Origin: Octopus sinensis
Lineage: Eukaryota
Length of the DNA stretch: 64,000 bases
NCBI RefSeq assembly: GCF_006345805.1
Contig: NC_042997.1
Span: forward strand, 1,488,001 to 1,552,000
Direction: 5' to 3'
The notes under the pieces are model-generated. The model saw nothing but the letters and a program-made list of their open reading frames with translations, ran no database searches and was not told the DNA's origin. The number at the start of each line of letters is the position of its first letter. Position 1 is the first letter of the stretch. The translations under genes were made by a program, and so were the position numbers. This document shows positions 13,573 through 26,400 of this stretch, piece after piece.

Positions 13573-13790
13573 TGGAGGCACGTGGTTAGAAAAGCGGACT
13601 CGCGGTCGAGGGATCGCGGGTTCGAATCTCAGACCGGACGATGTGTGTGTTTATGAGCGAAACACCTAAGCTCCACGCGGCTCCGACAGAAGGTAATGGC
13701 GAACTTTTGCTGACCCTTTCGCCACAATTTTCTCTCACTCTTTCCTCCTGCATCTTGCAGCTCATCTGTATAAATACATACATACAAGCA
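13573..13790 (+). mobile_element. tRNA-derived SINE family C (tRNA-Arg-like head)
   Basis: Head with A/B-box-like motifs gtggttagaaaagcggactcgcggtcgagggatcgcgggttcgaatc. A related copy lies at about 35385. Confidence 0.8.
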
Positions 13791-14199
13791 TATAATTTCT
13801 CAGACGTGTCTCCCCAGTTGAATTCTGTGGATGAAAGCTTTCGTTTGGATGATGTATTATTTTGTTAATTATACGTTGGAAAATGCATTGTTACACTTTT
13901 GAAGCAAGAGCACGCATATTTCTGATAAACTATTTGTATCTGATCCATTTATGGTCAAGTAGAGAGCCAATCTGGTTGAGTGCAGATGATTTCTGCTTAA
14001 TGCAGTGGAAAATAACTTGAGATCTGACTTATATTATCCACTGCCGCATTTCGGTGTTTTCGTATTTTCTTACCCTTTTTTGTTTTAGCAGTTTCATCAA
14101 CTGAGATAGGTTGTCTATTTTTAGGTCATTTGTTTCATACTCACTGTATCTAGGAAACAAGCTCTTGCAAGAATAGACGTATTTATATGGGGCATACTC

Positions 14200-14750
14200 T
14201 CGACATATGAATATGTATGTTTATCATATGACTATATGTTTATCATTCCTCTATGTAGCAGCTCGCTTTGATGAATGTTGACATGTGATAACGCTAGAGT
14301 TTGATTTATTGTATTAATTTTGGGTGGAAGACGGAGCTATGCCTGTATGCATCGCTGCCTATAGTAACAGGTGTATTATATGACTTTCATGTTCCGCTGA
14401 AACCGTTCAAATATGGACTGTACAAAAGTGGCTTTTGGAAAAGCATTTCAGAGGACCAACTCTTTAACAAGCATAAGCAGGATGACGTTGGTAGTGCAGT
14501 GTCTGAAGGTTAGGATAGAATATGTTTTGATAGAAAAGAAGAGGTCAGTGAAATGAGTGAGAAGAGAGGAAACGGTACAGCTGCAGATCAGAGGTTGTTC
14601 GGTGCTTTTGCGTGATTTCTTGTCGAAAGTCGAGCAGTCTTTCTAAAGATACAGTTCAAAAGGTTAGCGCATAGCAGCAACATACTCTCGAATGTGAAAG
14701 TGTTGTGAGATTTACGTGGTTTTTGTAGAAGTTCTATCTATTTCGGAGCT
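14200..14750 (-). mobile_element. Possible highly decayed RTE-type LINE 3' end
   Basis: Weak similarity only: VHI*TVSAEHESHIIHLLL*AAMHTG resembles the RTE C-terminal GHxxR..E.I..LLLW.P.HG pattern. Confidence 0.3.
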
Positions 14751-17280
14751 AAAGAATTTTCGGTAACTGAAAAGAATCGTATTTAAGATGTTATTTTTAT
14801 GTATTATACATTCACATGGAAATATCACCATCGATAGTGAGGCTTAACAAGTAAAGTGATTGCAAGCGCTCAAATTTAAGGGAAGGGGTGCCATAATATA
14901 TTATGTTTATACATATGCTCTTACTGTATTTTTCCCGCTGAAAAACTACACGCTTAGAATAACACGATTGGAGGATATTCTCCAGTTTCTCTTCAACGAA
15001 TCAATGTAGATTTAGCGTGAGGTCTCTATGTTGACTATTTATGAGGCTTGATTGCCAAAGTTATGAATGAACGAGTTACTTCATATCTGTCTCCATGTAC
15101 CATGTAAAATAGATGAAGCGCTGTCGCTTCTGACAATAAGAATTCAGCTGTTCCATCAGTTGTGCCTTATTCTAATTCAAGTAGCTTATAAGCGACTGAC
15201 TAATCCACATACATGAGTATCACTAATGTAATCTTCAGGCTGAGTGAGCATGACACAACGTGTATGAGAAAGCTTGTCATTTGATTTTCAGTTATAATCC
15301 ATAGGACGTTTATTTACCGTCTATCAAATTACTCATAAGGGGCTTGGGGTCGACTCGACCCACGATAAAACGCATCCAATTTCGCAAGCGCTGAGTATAA
15401 ACCATGGACTGCGTAATTCGGAATCAAATTCTTAGCCATTTTCAATTCTGCAAAGATATAACAATATATACACACATATACACATATATGTAGGATAATA
15501 GGCTTAGGTTAATACGGTTAAAGATATACATTCATAATTTTTAACACTTTTTATGTACAAACTCTTCATGATAGGGTGTGTATTTAAACGCTATTAAGTC
15601 TTAAGTATTACATTCAAAAGAACATTCCCATAAAATTTCAGTTTAACATCGACGGTTATAACAATCGATTCCAAGAATGAGATGACATTTGGCGATTCTG
15701 TTAAAATTTGCTGTCAAAGAAAAGTCAGCATTTAAATCTCCAGCTAAATCACCTTCCGCATTATAACAGATTTTAATCTCGTGCCAAATATGGATATTCT
15801 GTAATTACTACATTATCTAGTCAAATTTGTCGTAAAACAAAGTGCACAAAGGATGTTTACAGCTACAGGAGAATACCATTGCTGATGTCGGTCATAGCGT
15901 CTGGTTTAAGAAAAGGAGAATGGTGGAGATAATTGCATTGACGAGAGAGTATAGTAAACACAAGGTTGCAACTAATCGTCATAATTATCGATCAGAATAG
16001 CGTGTGTTTTTGCTTTCCTCTCCATAGTTTCATTGATTTTGTGGTCATGAGTTGCTACTAATTATTATGGTTTTGACAATACAGAAATAATATTGATTCC
16101 AACAATAAATCCAATCAGTTTACTTAATTTATTGAGTAAAGAAGACTGGAAATATTGTAGATATGAATCGGGAGTAGAACTGAAATGCTAATCAATAAAA
16201 CATTTTTCATCTAACCTCTTTCTATGTGAGCGAAAATATTAATAACACTTCTGTTTCATTAAACATTAGATTGGCACTAGCAACCCGGCCTAACAAATGG
16301 TTAACTCAGCTATTGTAAACAGTAAATGAACAATAGAATCAATAAAAGTACCAAAAGTAATAACAATACTGATGTGAATGAGCATCAATCATTTATAAAG
16401 ATAATATGAAATGTTGGCTATGCTCTTTGACCTCTCGATATTGCTTTAACCTAAAGATTGTTTTGGAAATGATAATAAAAAGCTTAGTAACGAAGTGAAT
16501 AATGAAAATGCAAAAATAAAACACACAGGAACGTTTATGAAACTGTACTGTTAATGTTTTTACGACATGTTGAACATAATAGATTTTTTAAATGTTACGA
16601 TGAAGCGATTATATATCATAGGTTAATTGGAAATAAATTTTCAGTTGAAATAAAAAAAACTGAAAACATAAAGAAAAATTAATGGGAATTAAACTATAGA
16701 AACTGTCTAAAAATCAATAAAAATATTACATAATGATATTAACAGTGAATAATCTACACTTAGTGCAATTTAAATGTCTTCGCTCGTTCTTTCTTTGGTA
16801 GTTTCCACTTCGAAAAGCATGAGAAAAGAAACATTATAAGATAAAAATGATGTAATTGACCGATAGGTTGTATTTTGCTAATTTCAAATGCACTAGCTTT
16901 AATAAATATACGTTTTAAATTACAGACATTTATGGTATTATAGTGAGTTGAAAGTGTTGATTAATTTAAATTATCCAACAAATTTAAGGTAAACACACTG
17001 TTGTTCATGTTTCAACATGAAGGAGAGATAAATTTAGGACAATATAGAAATCGTGAATTAGAGCAGGTCCGATTTCTAAAACCAACTTGCAGAAACGAAA
17101 GCCATATTTTAGTTTTATTACACTTGTCAGCGTAGCGTATTCAACAAAAGCGGCGTATCAGATTGATCAATATGTTTTAAAACATGTGTATGTATGTCTC
17201 TTCCGTAATTGATCATATAAATTCTTCCTCTGAAGTAGGAGCTGGTTTCTAAAAAAAGATACAATGCTTCATCTTTGGAA

Positions 17281-17697
17281 TACTCTCTTTACTCTTTTAA
17301 TTGTTTCAGTCATTTGACTGCGGCCATGCTGGAGCACCGCCTTTAATCGAGCAATCCAACCCCAGGACTTATTCTTTGTAAGCCTAGTGCTTATTCTATC
17401 GTTCTCTTTGCTGAACCGCTAAGTTACGGGGACTTAAACACACCAGCATCGGTTGTCAAGTGATGTTGGGGGACAAACACAGACACACAAACACACACAC
17501 GCACACACACACACACCACACACACATGTATATATACATATACATATATACGACGAGCTTCTTTCAGTTTCCGTCTACCAAATCCATTCACAAGGCTTTG
17601 GTCGGTCGAGGCTATAGAAAAAGACACTTGCCCAAAGTGTCACGCAGTGGGACTTAAACCCAGAACCATGTGGTTGGCAAGCAAGCTACTTACCACA
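17281..17697 (-). mobile_element. SINE family A, near full length, with internal (TA)/(TG) microsatellite
   Basis: Shares tRNA-like head, body and (AAAGAGT)n-type tail with copies at 19609, 37742 and 63741. Confidence 0.95.
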
Positions 17698-17699
17698 GA

Positions 17700-19780
17700 T
17701 AAAACAAATACAATGTCCCAGTTTAAACCTTACAAAAGACTTGCGTAGTTTAACTATTCCGCTTAGAGATTGTATTTGTAATGTGCGAATCGATTGATTT
17801 CTTTTTTCTGAAAATCCAAGTTTATCGAGATCGAAAGTTAGACAGTTACTTAGAAGAAGGGTTCCAATCCTTATTGGTATAAATTCAAATTTGTAAACCG
17901 AATATAGAAGATGGAGGTTTGGAATCTGTTGTCCGTAGTTACCTTTCTCTTTGATTTTCAAAAGAGACATTCACATTAACAGGACAGCTTACCTGCATGA
18001 CGGTACATACTTTTACTTGCGTGTCCTAAACAGCAATATGCGATCTGCTAGGCTTACACTTGACAGATGTTTTGATGGGAATGCTTCACCAGTATTACTT
18101 GTGCTATATTTTTGTACGTATTCAGTAACACGGGAATGCTCTATCTATAATTATTTCTTGACGTTCTTTCTTCCGAATGGCATTGTATATTGCTTTTTGC
18201 GACAATATCACATCTCATCGAGAAGTAACACATTGGTGACATTTTTCCTCAGCTGCTAATCATGTGTGATGTCTTCCACAGAAATATGACAAAATCTACA
18301 TTTACGGTTGCATCTTGGAAGTCCAGTGGCTAAACTGTCTGCTTTATTGATTAGGTAATTATTAGTAATCGCTTGTTCTTAGATTGCAAATGCATATCCG
18401 TCGAAGTGTGATGAAGCGGTCGCGAGTCCAAGAGAGGCTTCGCTTCATATTATTGTTACTATCTCCAATTCTATGAAAAACATACCCATGCATAGAATGT
18501 TCTTGGTATGCTGAGCATTTCACTTCCAGGTCCTCTTTGAGGTATGCCATTCCGGCTGATTTGGGGTTTTATGGGAGATCATCAAGAAAAGCGTACATTC
18601 TAAGGTGATCACTTCTTCATTTTTCAAGTACTAAGTTAATGAATTTATTTTTGCTTTATAAGTAGAGCCTGTCAACATCACTAATTTTTTTATTTCCTGC
18701 TGATGATAGGATCTTGCAAGCGTTAATGTCTATGGAGTGGATTTCTTCTAAAGACCATTCAAGTATCCCATTATTGCATTGGGGGATATTGTCTTGTTGT
18801 AAAAGGAGGGTTTGGTCTGTCATATTTTTTTTAGTCTGGTGCAATAAGCTTGGGGCACTCTATCTTTATTCAAAGTACCTTGGTGTAATATATTTTCATC
18901 AATGCCTAGGTACTTGTGGCATTCTTCGTGCGGAAAAGGAGAGATAGTAAGGCCGTCGATGTGCAGGTTTTGTGTCTGGGAGAGTGAATTTACCCGTTCA
19001 ACACCTAAATAAGAACATTTCTTCTGGCTAAATTCCATTCCTACATTAGTTGAACATGTTAATTATTCCAGCTGTTTTATGGCATTGGTAATATTTTTAG
19101 GGTATCCACATAGTAATTATGGGTTACATTAATATATCTTGCAGTTGCAGAACCTAGTGTGTAGCCATTTGTTTTCTGTTAATAGGCTTAACACCAAAAT
19201 GAACAGAAGTACAGAGAGATTATTTCCCTGGAGTGTTCCTTTTAAAATATTTATGGCATTAGAGACAATCGGTCTTCTCTCTGCTCTAAGTGTGAAGATT
19301 GTAGCCAAGGTCTTTCTGAGTCTCTCAGTGGCAGCAATGATGGTAGCTGGCACTTCTGCCAAATGGAGGCACTTCAGTAGCCATTAGTGTGGAAGAGAAT
19401 CAAATACCTTCTTATAACCAAGCCATACACTTGATAGGTCCCGATATTTTTATTTCAAAGAGTACAGCTGCTTTGTATATCAGCAGTTGTTCCGCACATC
19501 CTAACACTACCTACATTCCACCAGGCTCCCCATCAGGCACTATGTTGTTAGACTCACAATGAACCTAGAGGAATTAAGTGAGGAAATGTGTAGAGTTTAT
19601 ACATAATAAGGCGCAGGAGTGGCTGTGTGGTAAGTAGCTTGCTTACCAACCACATGGTTCCTGGTTCAGTCCCACTGCGTGGAACTTTGGGCAAGTGTCT
19701 TCTACTATAGCCTCGGGCCGACCAAAGCCTTGTGAGTGGACTTGGTAGACGGAAACTGAAAGAAGCTCGTCGTATATATG

Positions 19781-19821
<41 letters not shown>

Positions 19822-20330
19822 TTGTGTGCCTGTGTTTCCCCCCCAACATCGCTTGACAACAGATGCTGGTGTGTTCATGTCCCCCGTAACTTAGCGGTTC
19901 GGCAAAAAGTGCTAAGCGCACAAACAATAAGTCTTTGGGTCAATTTGCTCGACTGAAGGCGATGCTCCAGCATGGCCGTAGTCAAATGGCTGAAACAAGT
20001 AAAAGAGTAAAAGAGTAAAGAGTAATATTTAGGCAACTTGCTATGCCAATCTGACCTTTCATAGTACTTTTGAATATACTTAGTAGTGGTTTCATGTAAA
20101 ATGACAGCCTCTTATACCAGTATCCAGCTATCAAGTCCCTTCCTAGTGCCTATACAGTTTGCCTAAATCTATGGTGAAAATGGCCGAGTCAATTACATTT
20201 GTTTTACTGCTGATATTAGTATACTATTCTCATTTTACTTCATTTAGCCACGATGCATTGAGGTTGAGATACATTATTTCATACCAGATTTCAACCTGAG
20301 TGACTCAAAATCTTAACGGTAATATTTCCC
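17700..20330 (-). mobile_element. Decayed R4/Dong-clade non-LTR retrotransposon (RT + CCHC + restriction-like endonuclease), interrupted by a SINE
   Basis: Motifs: GRDLIAGYWYKR; CLNIMYKLYT (split by the SINE); GCAEQLLIYK; LSSVWLGYKKVFDSLPH; ILKGTLQGNNLSVLLFILVL; MEFSQKKC; HKYLGIDEN; CRFCHISVEDITH; VSCPVNVNVS; KIKEKGNYGQQIPNLHLLYSVYKFEFIPIRIGTL; IRTLQIQSLSGIVKL. Confidence 0.9.
19609..20022 (+). mobile_element. SINE family A, full length, nested in the Dong/R4 LINE
   Basis: Runs from head aggcgcaggagtggctgtgtggtaagtagc to tail aaagagtaaaagagta. Flanked by TAATA at 19604-19608 and 20023-20027 (likely target-site duplication). Confidence 0.96.
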
Positions 20331-20444
20331 TTCCTCATCACTCTATATACTCCCAGTGGTTTAGAAGCAAATTTGTGATTTGTATAGATTCGTTCAAAAA
20401 TGTATGTATATATGTATGTATATATGTATGTATGTATGTATGTA

Positions 20445-21365
20445 TTGGGTCATCCTATAAATAATGCGGCTTTTCAATTGCATGAATTAAAAGCTGGAGT
20501 AGGACGGGATAAATTAACCTGCATCAACTTGCTATAAAAGCAGGTAGCAATTTTTCTTTGCGCCTTATTCTTAATGCACGTTTTGAAGAGTGCATTTCGA
20601 TTTCAACAGTTATTTTTTCAAAGCTATAATGGAAGTTACAACGGAGCATATTTGGGATATTTTGCCTTATGAGTTCAGTAAAGGCAACAACGCAACGGAT
20701 AGTGTGAGGAATATTAATGCAGTATATGGGGATCGGAGAATAAGCGTAAGCCAGTGTCAACAGTGGTTCTAGAAATTCTGAGCTGGAAACTAAAGCCTAG
20801 AAGACGAGCTTGTTCCTAGAAGATCTGTAGAGTTCGACGAGGGCGCCCTGCTAACCCTAACGTAACAAAATCCCATTGTAACTGTTGATGAACTAGCAGT
20901 GAAGCTTGGATTTGGTCATTCAACCATTCATCAACACCTGCGTGCCATTGGAAGAGTCTGCAAATTGGGTCACTGGCTTTCTCGCAAACTTTCCCAGTCT
21001 AATGCTCGGTCACATACAGCGAGGACGACATTCCAAAGGCTGGAAATGTTTGAATGGGAAACAATGCCTCAACAACCATATTTGCTGAACGTTTCCCTAT
21101 CTGATTATCATTTATTCCGCAGTCCCCACAATCATTTGGACAGAAAATATATGAATTCTGTAGATGAGGTCAGAACAGTATTCGAGGAGTATTTTTCGTC
21201 ACGGACGAGTGAATTTTGGAATATGGACCTTGTAAGTCTTCCAGTTAGGTAGAAGAGTATTGCAGAAAACGAAGTATATACGTTAGATAAAAACGAACTT
21301 TCTTTATTTTAATTTTGAAAAATAAAGTAAGTATAAAACACCGCATTATTTATGGGATGACCCTA
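20445..21365 (+). mobile_element. Internally deleted mariner DNA transposon
   Basis: Imperfect ~30-bp TIRs (ttgggtcatcctataaataatgcgg / ccgcattatttatgggatgacccta) with TA flanks. Transposase remnants: EHIWDILPYEFSKGNNAT..RNINAVYG..ISVSQCQQWF; HLRAIGRVCKLGHWLSRKLS joined directly to NARSHTA; PY...SLSDYHLFRS. The first part of the DD34D domain is deleted. Confidence 0.93.
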
Positions 21366-21455
21366 TATATGTGTATGTGTGTATGTGTGTATATATGTAT
21401 GTATGAACGTACATATGTATGTATGTATATATGTATGTATGTATGTATGTATGTT

Positions 21456-21957
21456 GCATGGTCGGGTCGTCGGCGACTAAAACGGGAACCCCACCAAGCT
21501 TGCTTGGTGAGGAGGGTGTTTACTGGACACCCTGCGGGATGAAAAACAAAACCCGTCAAAGGCTGGAGGAACTCTTGAGAGTCAATGGTCATCCAATAAA
21601 TGTATTAAGGCTGTATCATGCGCGGGGACAGAGAAATAATCGGACTGAATATCCGATCGCGCGGTTAAACCGTTGGGAGTGAAGGACTGCTAGCCTTTGT
21701 TAGGGCATCCTTCTAGGAGAAGGTAACTCAGGTAACTGGGATAACTCCGACATAAAATCTGCGGCTCAGTGGTTACCGATGATGTTGACTTGTTCTTCTT
21801 TTCGGATTATGGCTGCTGTTGCTTAGTGAGTGGGATTGACTCAGTGCACAGCCTTTCCACACTTAAAAAAAAATCTTCTTGCACAGGCATTGCACGATAA
21901 CAACATTGATTAAACTTAGCGCAATGGCCATACTCGATAACGAGGGGGCAGCCACCA
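21456..21957 (+). mobile_element. Probable RTE-type 5'UTR-derived non-autonomous element
   Basis: GC-richer insert between (TATG)n runs, containing gggcatccttctaggagaaggtaactc, which resembles RTE/BovB-type 5'UTR motifs. No RT ORF seen. Confidence 0.5.
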
Positions 21958-22938
21958 TGTATGTATGTATGTATGTGATTTCTGCCCAATATAGTATGGC
22001 ATTTATCATCCAAACCTGGGCGTTTGGGCTACTTGCTATCTCGCAATTTCGTCGATCGCGAATAACATCAAGTTTCCCCCACATCCCCGCTCGTATCGGT
22101 ATTGTTCCCTCATGCGGTATGTTAGTAGTGAAGTTTTATTTGAACTTTGATGCAGCTTCTATTTTTTTTTATTTTGTGTTCCTCACTTCTTTCTGTGAGA
22201 TCAAAATTGTTTTCCCAACTCCGTGTACTTTGTTCATCTCGGACATCTTTCTTGTCTACAGTCTGTTCGCGTATAAAGATTAATGCATTCTCAATGCGAT
22301 TATTTTCTCTTGTACATTTGTTTGAGATTTTAAACATACGTTCATGTTTCATGTATTCGTGAAATGATTCTCGTTCCAGAATCTACTGCAGTTTTCCAAC
22401 TGGCTGTAAAATAATGAGGCGACGTTTGTGTCTTATAAGAAGAATGATTGCCTGTATAATTTTGTTCTAGTTTTGTATGCTTTAATCATTCTTTAATCAT
22501 TGTATGCTTTAATCATTTTGGTTATAATAAATTACTTCAAATATATGATTAAAGTATATAGAAATCGGTGCGTTATATTTTCACTTCTCAATATCCTTTA
22601 AACAAAATTTCAACGTATTTAATGTATTTAATATATGGTATGTCAAAATGATGTATATTGAAAGAGTTTTTCACTCACGTCCTAAGGTTCTACTCTCTCT
22701 CACCCTCGCTGTTTATATATATATATATATATATATATGTGTATATACAAACACATACACACACAAGCACATACACACACACACACATATACATATGCAG
22801 ATTGCATATCCAAAACAATTCAAATAAATAAGGAGAAAAATCTATCTACACAGTTATTATTATTACATTCATTTATTTACACCTCATATTTCATGTAAAC
22901 CTCTGTCTGACAGGATTCTGGAAAAAGTTTTAACAAAA

Positions 22939-22976
22939 CTGTCCGACGAACGGGAACGTGAAACTCTGAGTAACAG
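22939..22976 (+). ncRNA. Minimal type I hammerhead-like motif (core CCGACGA, U4C variant) in a pLTR-like repeat (~22850-23010)
   Basis: CTGT-CCGACGA-ACG GGAA CGT-GAAA-CTC T GAG-TA-ACAG: 4-bp stem I, 3-bp stem II with GNRA loop, stem III with 1-nt loop, GUA triplet. Confidence 0.75.
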
Positions 22977-23012
22977 CTTTTGTTATATTTCTGCTGCTTT
23001 TAAATAAAGTAA

Positions 23013-23132
<120 letters not shown>

Positions 23133-23446
23133 GGAGAGGTAATGGTGTCAGTGAGACCCAAAGGTGTCAGGTAATGCTGAATAAGTGCTATGGATAGACA
23201 ATAGTTAAGTTTCAGGTTCCGTGATTATGCGAATAAACAGTCCAAATCAGGTCATATATCAGTGTGTGTATATAATTTTATTTTTCGTAATGAGATAAAA
23301 AAAACAAGTCAGTGTAGATTTTAGAACTTTTATAGATAGAAGGTCTTGAACTATAGGATCTTCTATTTATAAATGTTCTAAAATCTACACTGACTTGGGT
23401 TTTTATCTCATTATGAATATACATATATATATATATAATATATATA

Positions 23447-23770
23447 TGACTCAGTGGTTCGAGCGTCGAACTTATGATCGTGAGGTTGTGAGCTCGAATC
23501 CCGGACCGGGCTGAGTGTTGTGTTCTTGACCAAGACACTTTATTTCACGTTACTCCAGTTCACCCAGCTGTAGAAATGAGTTGCAACATCCCTGGTGCTA
23601 AGCTGTATCGGCCTCTTTGCCTTTCCCTTCGATAACACTGGTGGCATGGAGAGGGGAGGACGGTATGTATGGGCGACTGCTGGTCTTCCATAAACAATCT
23701 TGCCCAGACTTGTGCCTGGGATGGTAAATTTCTAGGTGAAAACCCACGGTCAGTCATGACCGAAGGGGGT
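23447..23770 (+). mobile_element. tRNA-derived SINE family D
   Basis: A-box tgactcagtggttcgagc and B-box gctcgaatccc. The central core acactttatttcacgttactccagttcacccagctg is shared with the SINE at 44665. Confidence 0.88.
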
Positions 23771-24475
23771 CCCAATTTTTCAATTTCCAACAGTTTTATT
23801 TTCAGGTGGGACTTTTCACTGCTTTCAATTTGCTTGTTTAGGCGATTTGAAACTTTTGTACGCCGTCTCATTAGAATTTTCCCCTCTCTGGGGATTTTGT
23901 TCTTGTGTACAGTAGCCTTTCCCTCCGGGACACATTTGTAGCATATGGCTTGCTTTACAGACATGAATTGTTGAAGTTTCATGCCGATGTCTGGCGAGGA
24001 GAGACATTCAGGCCAGTTTTGTTTGAGGATCACTTTCTCAATTTGTTTCCAGTTTGCCTTATGGAAGTTCAAGTTGGAAAGATTCTGAGAGTTACTTGTA
24101 GACTACATGTTCATGCCTTCCTTTGACCCATACATGGTCAGCTCTACCATGTTGTGATCTGAGAGTAGTGCCGTTGTCACATTCACATTATGGATGAGAT
24201 CCATATTATTTATGAAGCAGAGATCCAGTATGTTACCTGCCCTGGTTGGTTCGGGTATTATTTGCTCCATGTACAGAGTGTTGATGAGGTTCAGAACGGA
24301 CATCGCCTGTCCTCGTTCGCATCGTGTTATTCCTGGGAAAGAAAGGCCCTCGGGCCATCTGACATTGGGCAGATTGAAGTATCCCATAAGAAGTACACTT
24401 ATGTCTTGTTCTAATGTGACTACAACTTCTATTTTTAAAAGGCAATTTTCAAACATGCCTACATGGCTTGGAGCA
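23771..24475 (-). mobile_element. CR1/L2-group LINE ORF2 fragment (C-terminal half of APE endonuclease and linker)
   Basis: [14 protein letters not shown] (GDFN motif), [22 protein letters not shown], then MNFHKANWKQIE. Bounded by a TA tract and a SINE. Confidence 0.9.
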
Positions 24476-24476
24476 T

Positions 24477-24575
<99 letters not shown>

Positions 24576-24577
24576 AT

Positions 24578-24623
<46 letters not shown>

Positions 24624-24675
24624 ATATATATATATATATATATATAATAATATATATATATATAATATATATATG

Positions 24676-24709
<34 letters not shown>

Positions 24710-24950
24710 CATATATATATACATATATATATACATATATATACATATATATATATATACGTATATATGTATATATATATATAATATATATGTATATATA
24801 TATATACATATATATATACATATATATATATGTACATATATATATGCAAATATATATATATATATGTATATATGTGTATATGTATATATGTATATATGTA
24901 TATATATATATATGTATATATGCATATGTATATATATATATATATATATC

Positions 24951-24983
<33 letters not shown>

Positions 24984-25000
24984 ATATATATGTACATATG

Positions 25001-25033
<33 letters not shown>

Positions 25034-25070
25034 GTATACATATACATGTATATGTATATGTATATATGTA

Positions 25071-25113
<43 letters not shown>

Positions 25114-25132
25114 ATATATGTAGATATATATT
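24476..25132. repeat. Long degenerate (TA)n/(TATACA)n microsatellite
   Basis: About 650 bp of AT dinucleotide repeats; source of the IY-repeat ORFs. Confidence 0.97.
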
Positions 25133-25296
25133 ACCAGTCGCCATTTTTTCTCTCCTTGATTTTTCTCTGTCCCTTTCTGTAGAAGAGCGTAGGCTCGAAA
25201 CGTAAATACTTTTTCTATACCTCAGAGCTGTACGAATACAACTGTTTGTTTTGTACACCACCTGTCTTAGTCTTTTGTTTCTTCGTAAACTCTCCC
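25133..25296 (+). mobile_element. Solo pLTR-like repeat with hammerhead-like motif (core CTGTAGA), flanked by (TA)n
   Basis: Homologous to 57370-57520 (+) and 50068-50170 (-). Motif at 25177-25204: CTGTAGA-A-GAGC GTAG GCTC-GAAA-CGT-A. Confidence 0.75.
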
Positions 25297-25313
25297 TATA
25301 TATATATATATAT

Positions 25314-25404
<91 letters not shown>

Positions 25405-25642
25405 TAAGGGTAGAAATTGATATGTATCTATTAAGACCAGTGGTCTAGCATATTAAAAAAGAATCCGAAGATTAAAATATTTATATATACCAATTAAGGA
25501 CTGAACACGAAAAGTGGACAGTCAACATGCTAGATATAGACGTCAAATCGCCATTCACCACAAAAGATTATGTTCTCAGATCAAACTCAACACAAAACCA
25601 TAGCAATAAACAAGTGAAAAATATACGAAATAAAATAATTAC

Positions 25643-25707
25643 CCATGTACTAAAGTAGTTTCAGCTGTTATTTTCCGCAAGGAAAACTGCAGCCATCATC
25701 AGCATGG
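25643..25707 (-). ncRNA. Type I hammerhead ribozyme, copy 1
   Basis: Reverse complement reads CCATG-CTGATGA-TGGCTGCAGTTTTCCTTGCGGAAAATAACAGCT-GAAA-CTACTTTAG-TA-CATGG. Confidence 0.88.
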
Positions 25708-26400
25708 TCCGTTATAAATGTAATTTGCTGGACTAGATGCAAACACGATACCGAAATATCGCGTGCATGGAGTTCAGCCTATTACATTTGAATATATCTT
25801 TCAAATGCCTTTACTTTGGCGCGTTGGAACCCGAGAAAACTAGCCTGCAGCTAATAATTAGCAGCAGTTAATTTATCGGTTAGAGAACATATTTATTTAT
25901 ATAAAATTAATTAAGGGTAGAAATTGATATTTATCAATTAAGACCAGTGGTCTAGCATATTAAAAAAGAATCCGAAGATTAAAATATTTATATATACCAA
26001 TTAAGGACTGAACACGAAAAGTGGACAGTCAACATGCTAGATATAGACGTCAAATCGCCATTCACCAAAAAAGATTATGTTCTCAGATCAAACTCAACAC
26101 AAAACCATAGCAATAAACAAGTGAAAAATATACGAAATAAAATAATTACCCATGTACTAAATTAGTTTCAGCTGTTATTTCCCGCAAGGAAAATTAATTA
26201 ATTTTATATAAATAATTAATTTTATATAAATAAATATGTTCTCTAACCGATAAATTAACTGCTGCTAATTATTAGCTGCAGGCTAGTTTTCTCGGGTTCC
26301 AACGCGCCAATGTAAAGGCATTTGAAAGATATATTCAAATGTAATAGGCTGAACTCCATGCACGCGATATTTCGGTATCGTGTTTGCATCTAGTCCAGCA

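Noticed and set aside
13573-13640. tRNA gene calls for SINE heads (also 19609, 23447)
   Set aside because: Only A/B-box-like heads followed by SINE bodies; no complete cloverleaf acceptor stem seen.
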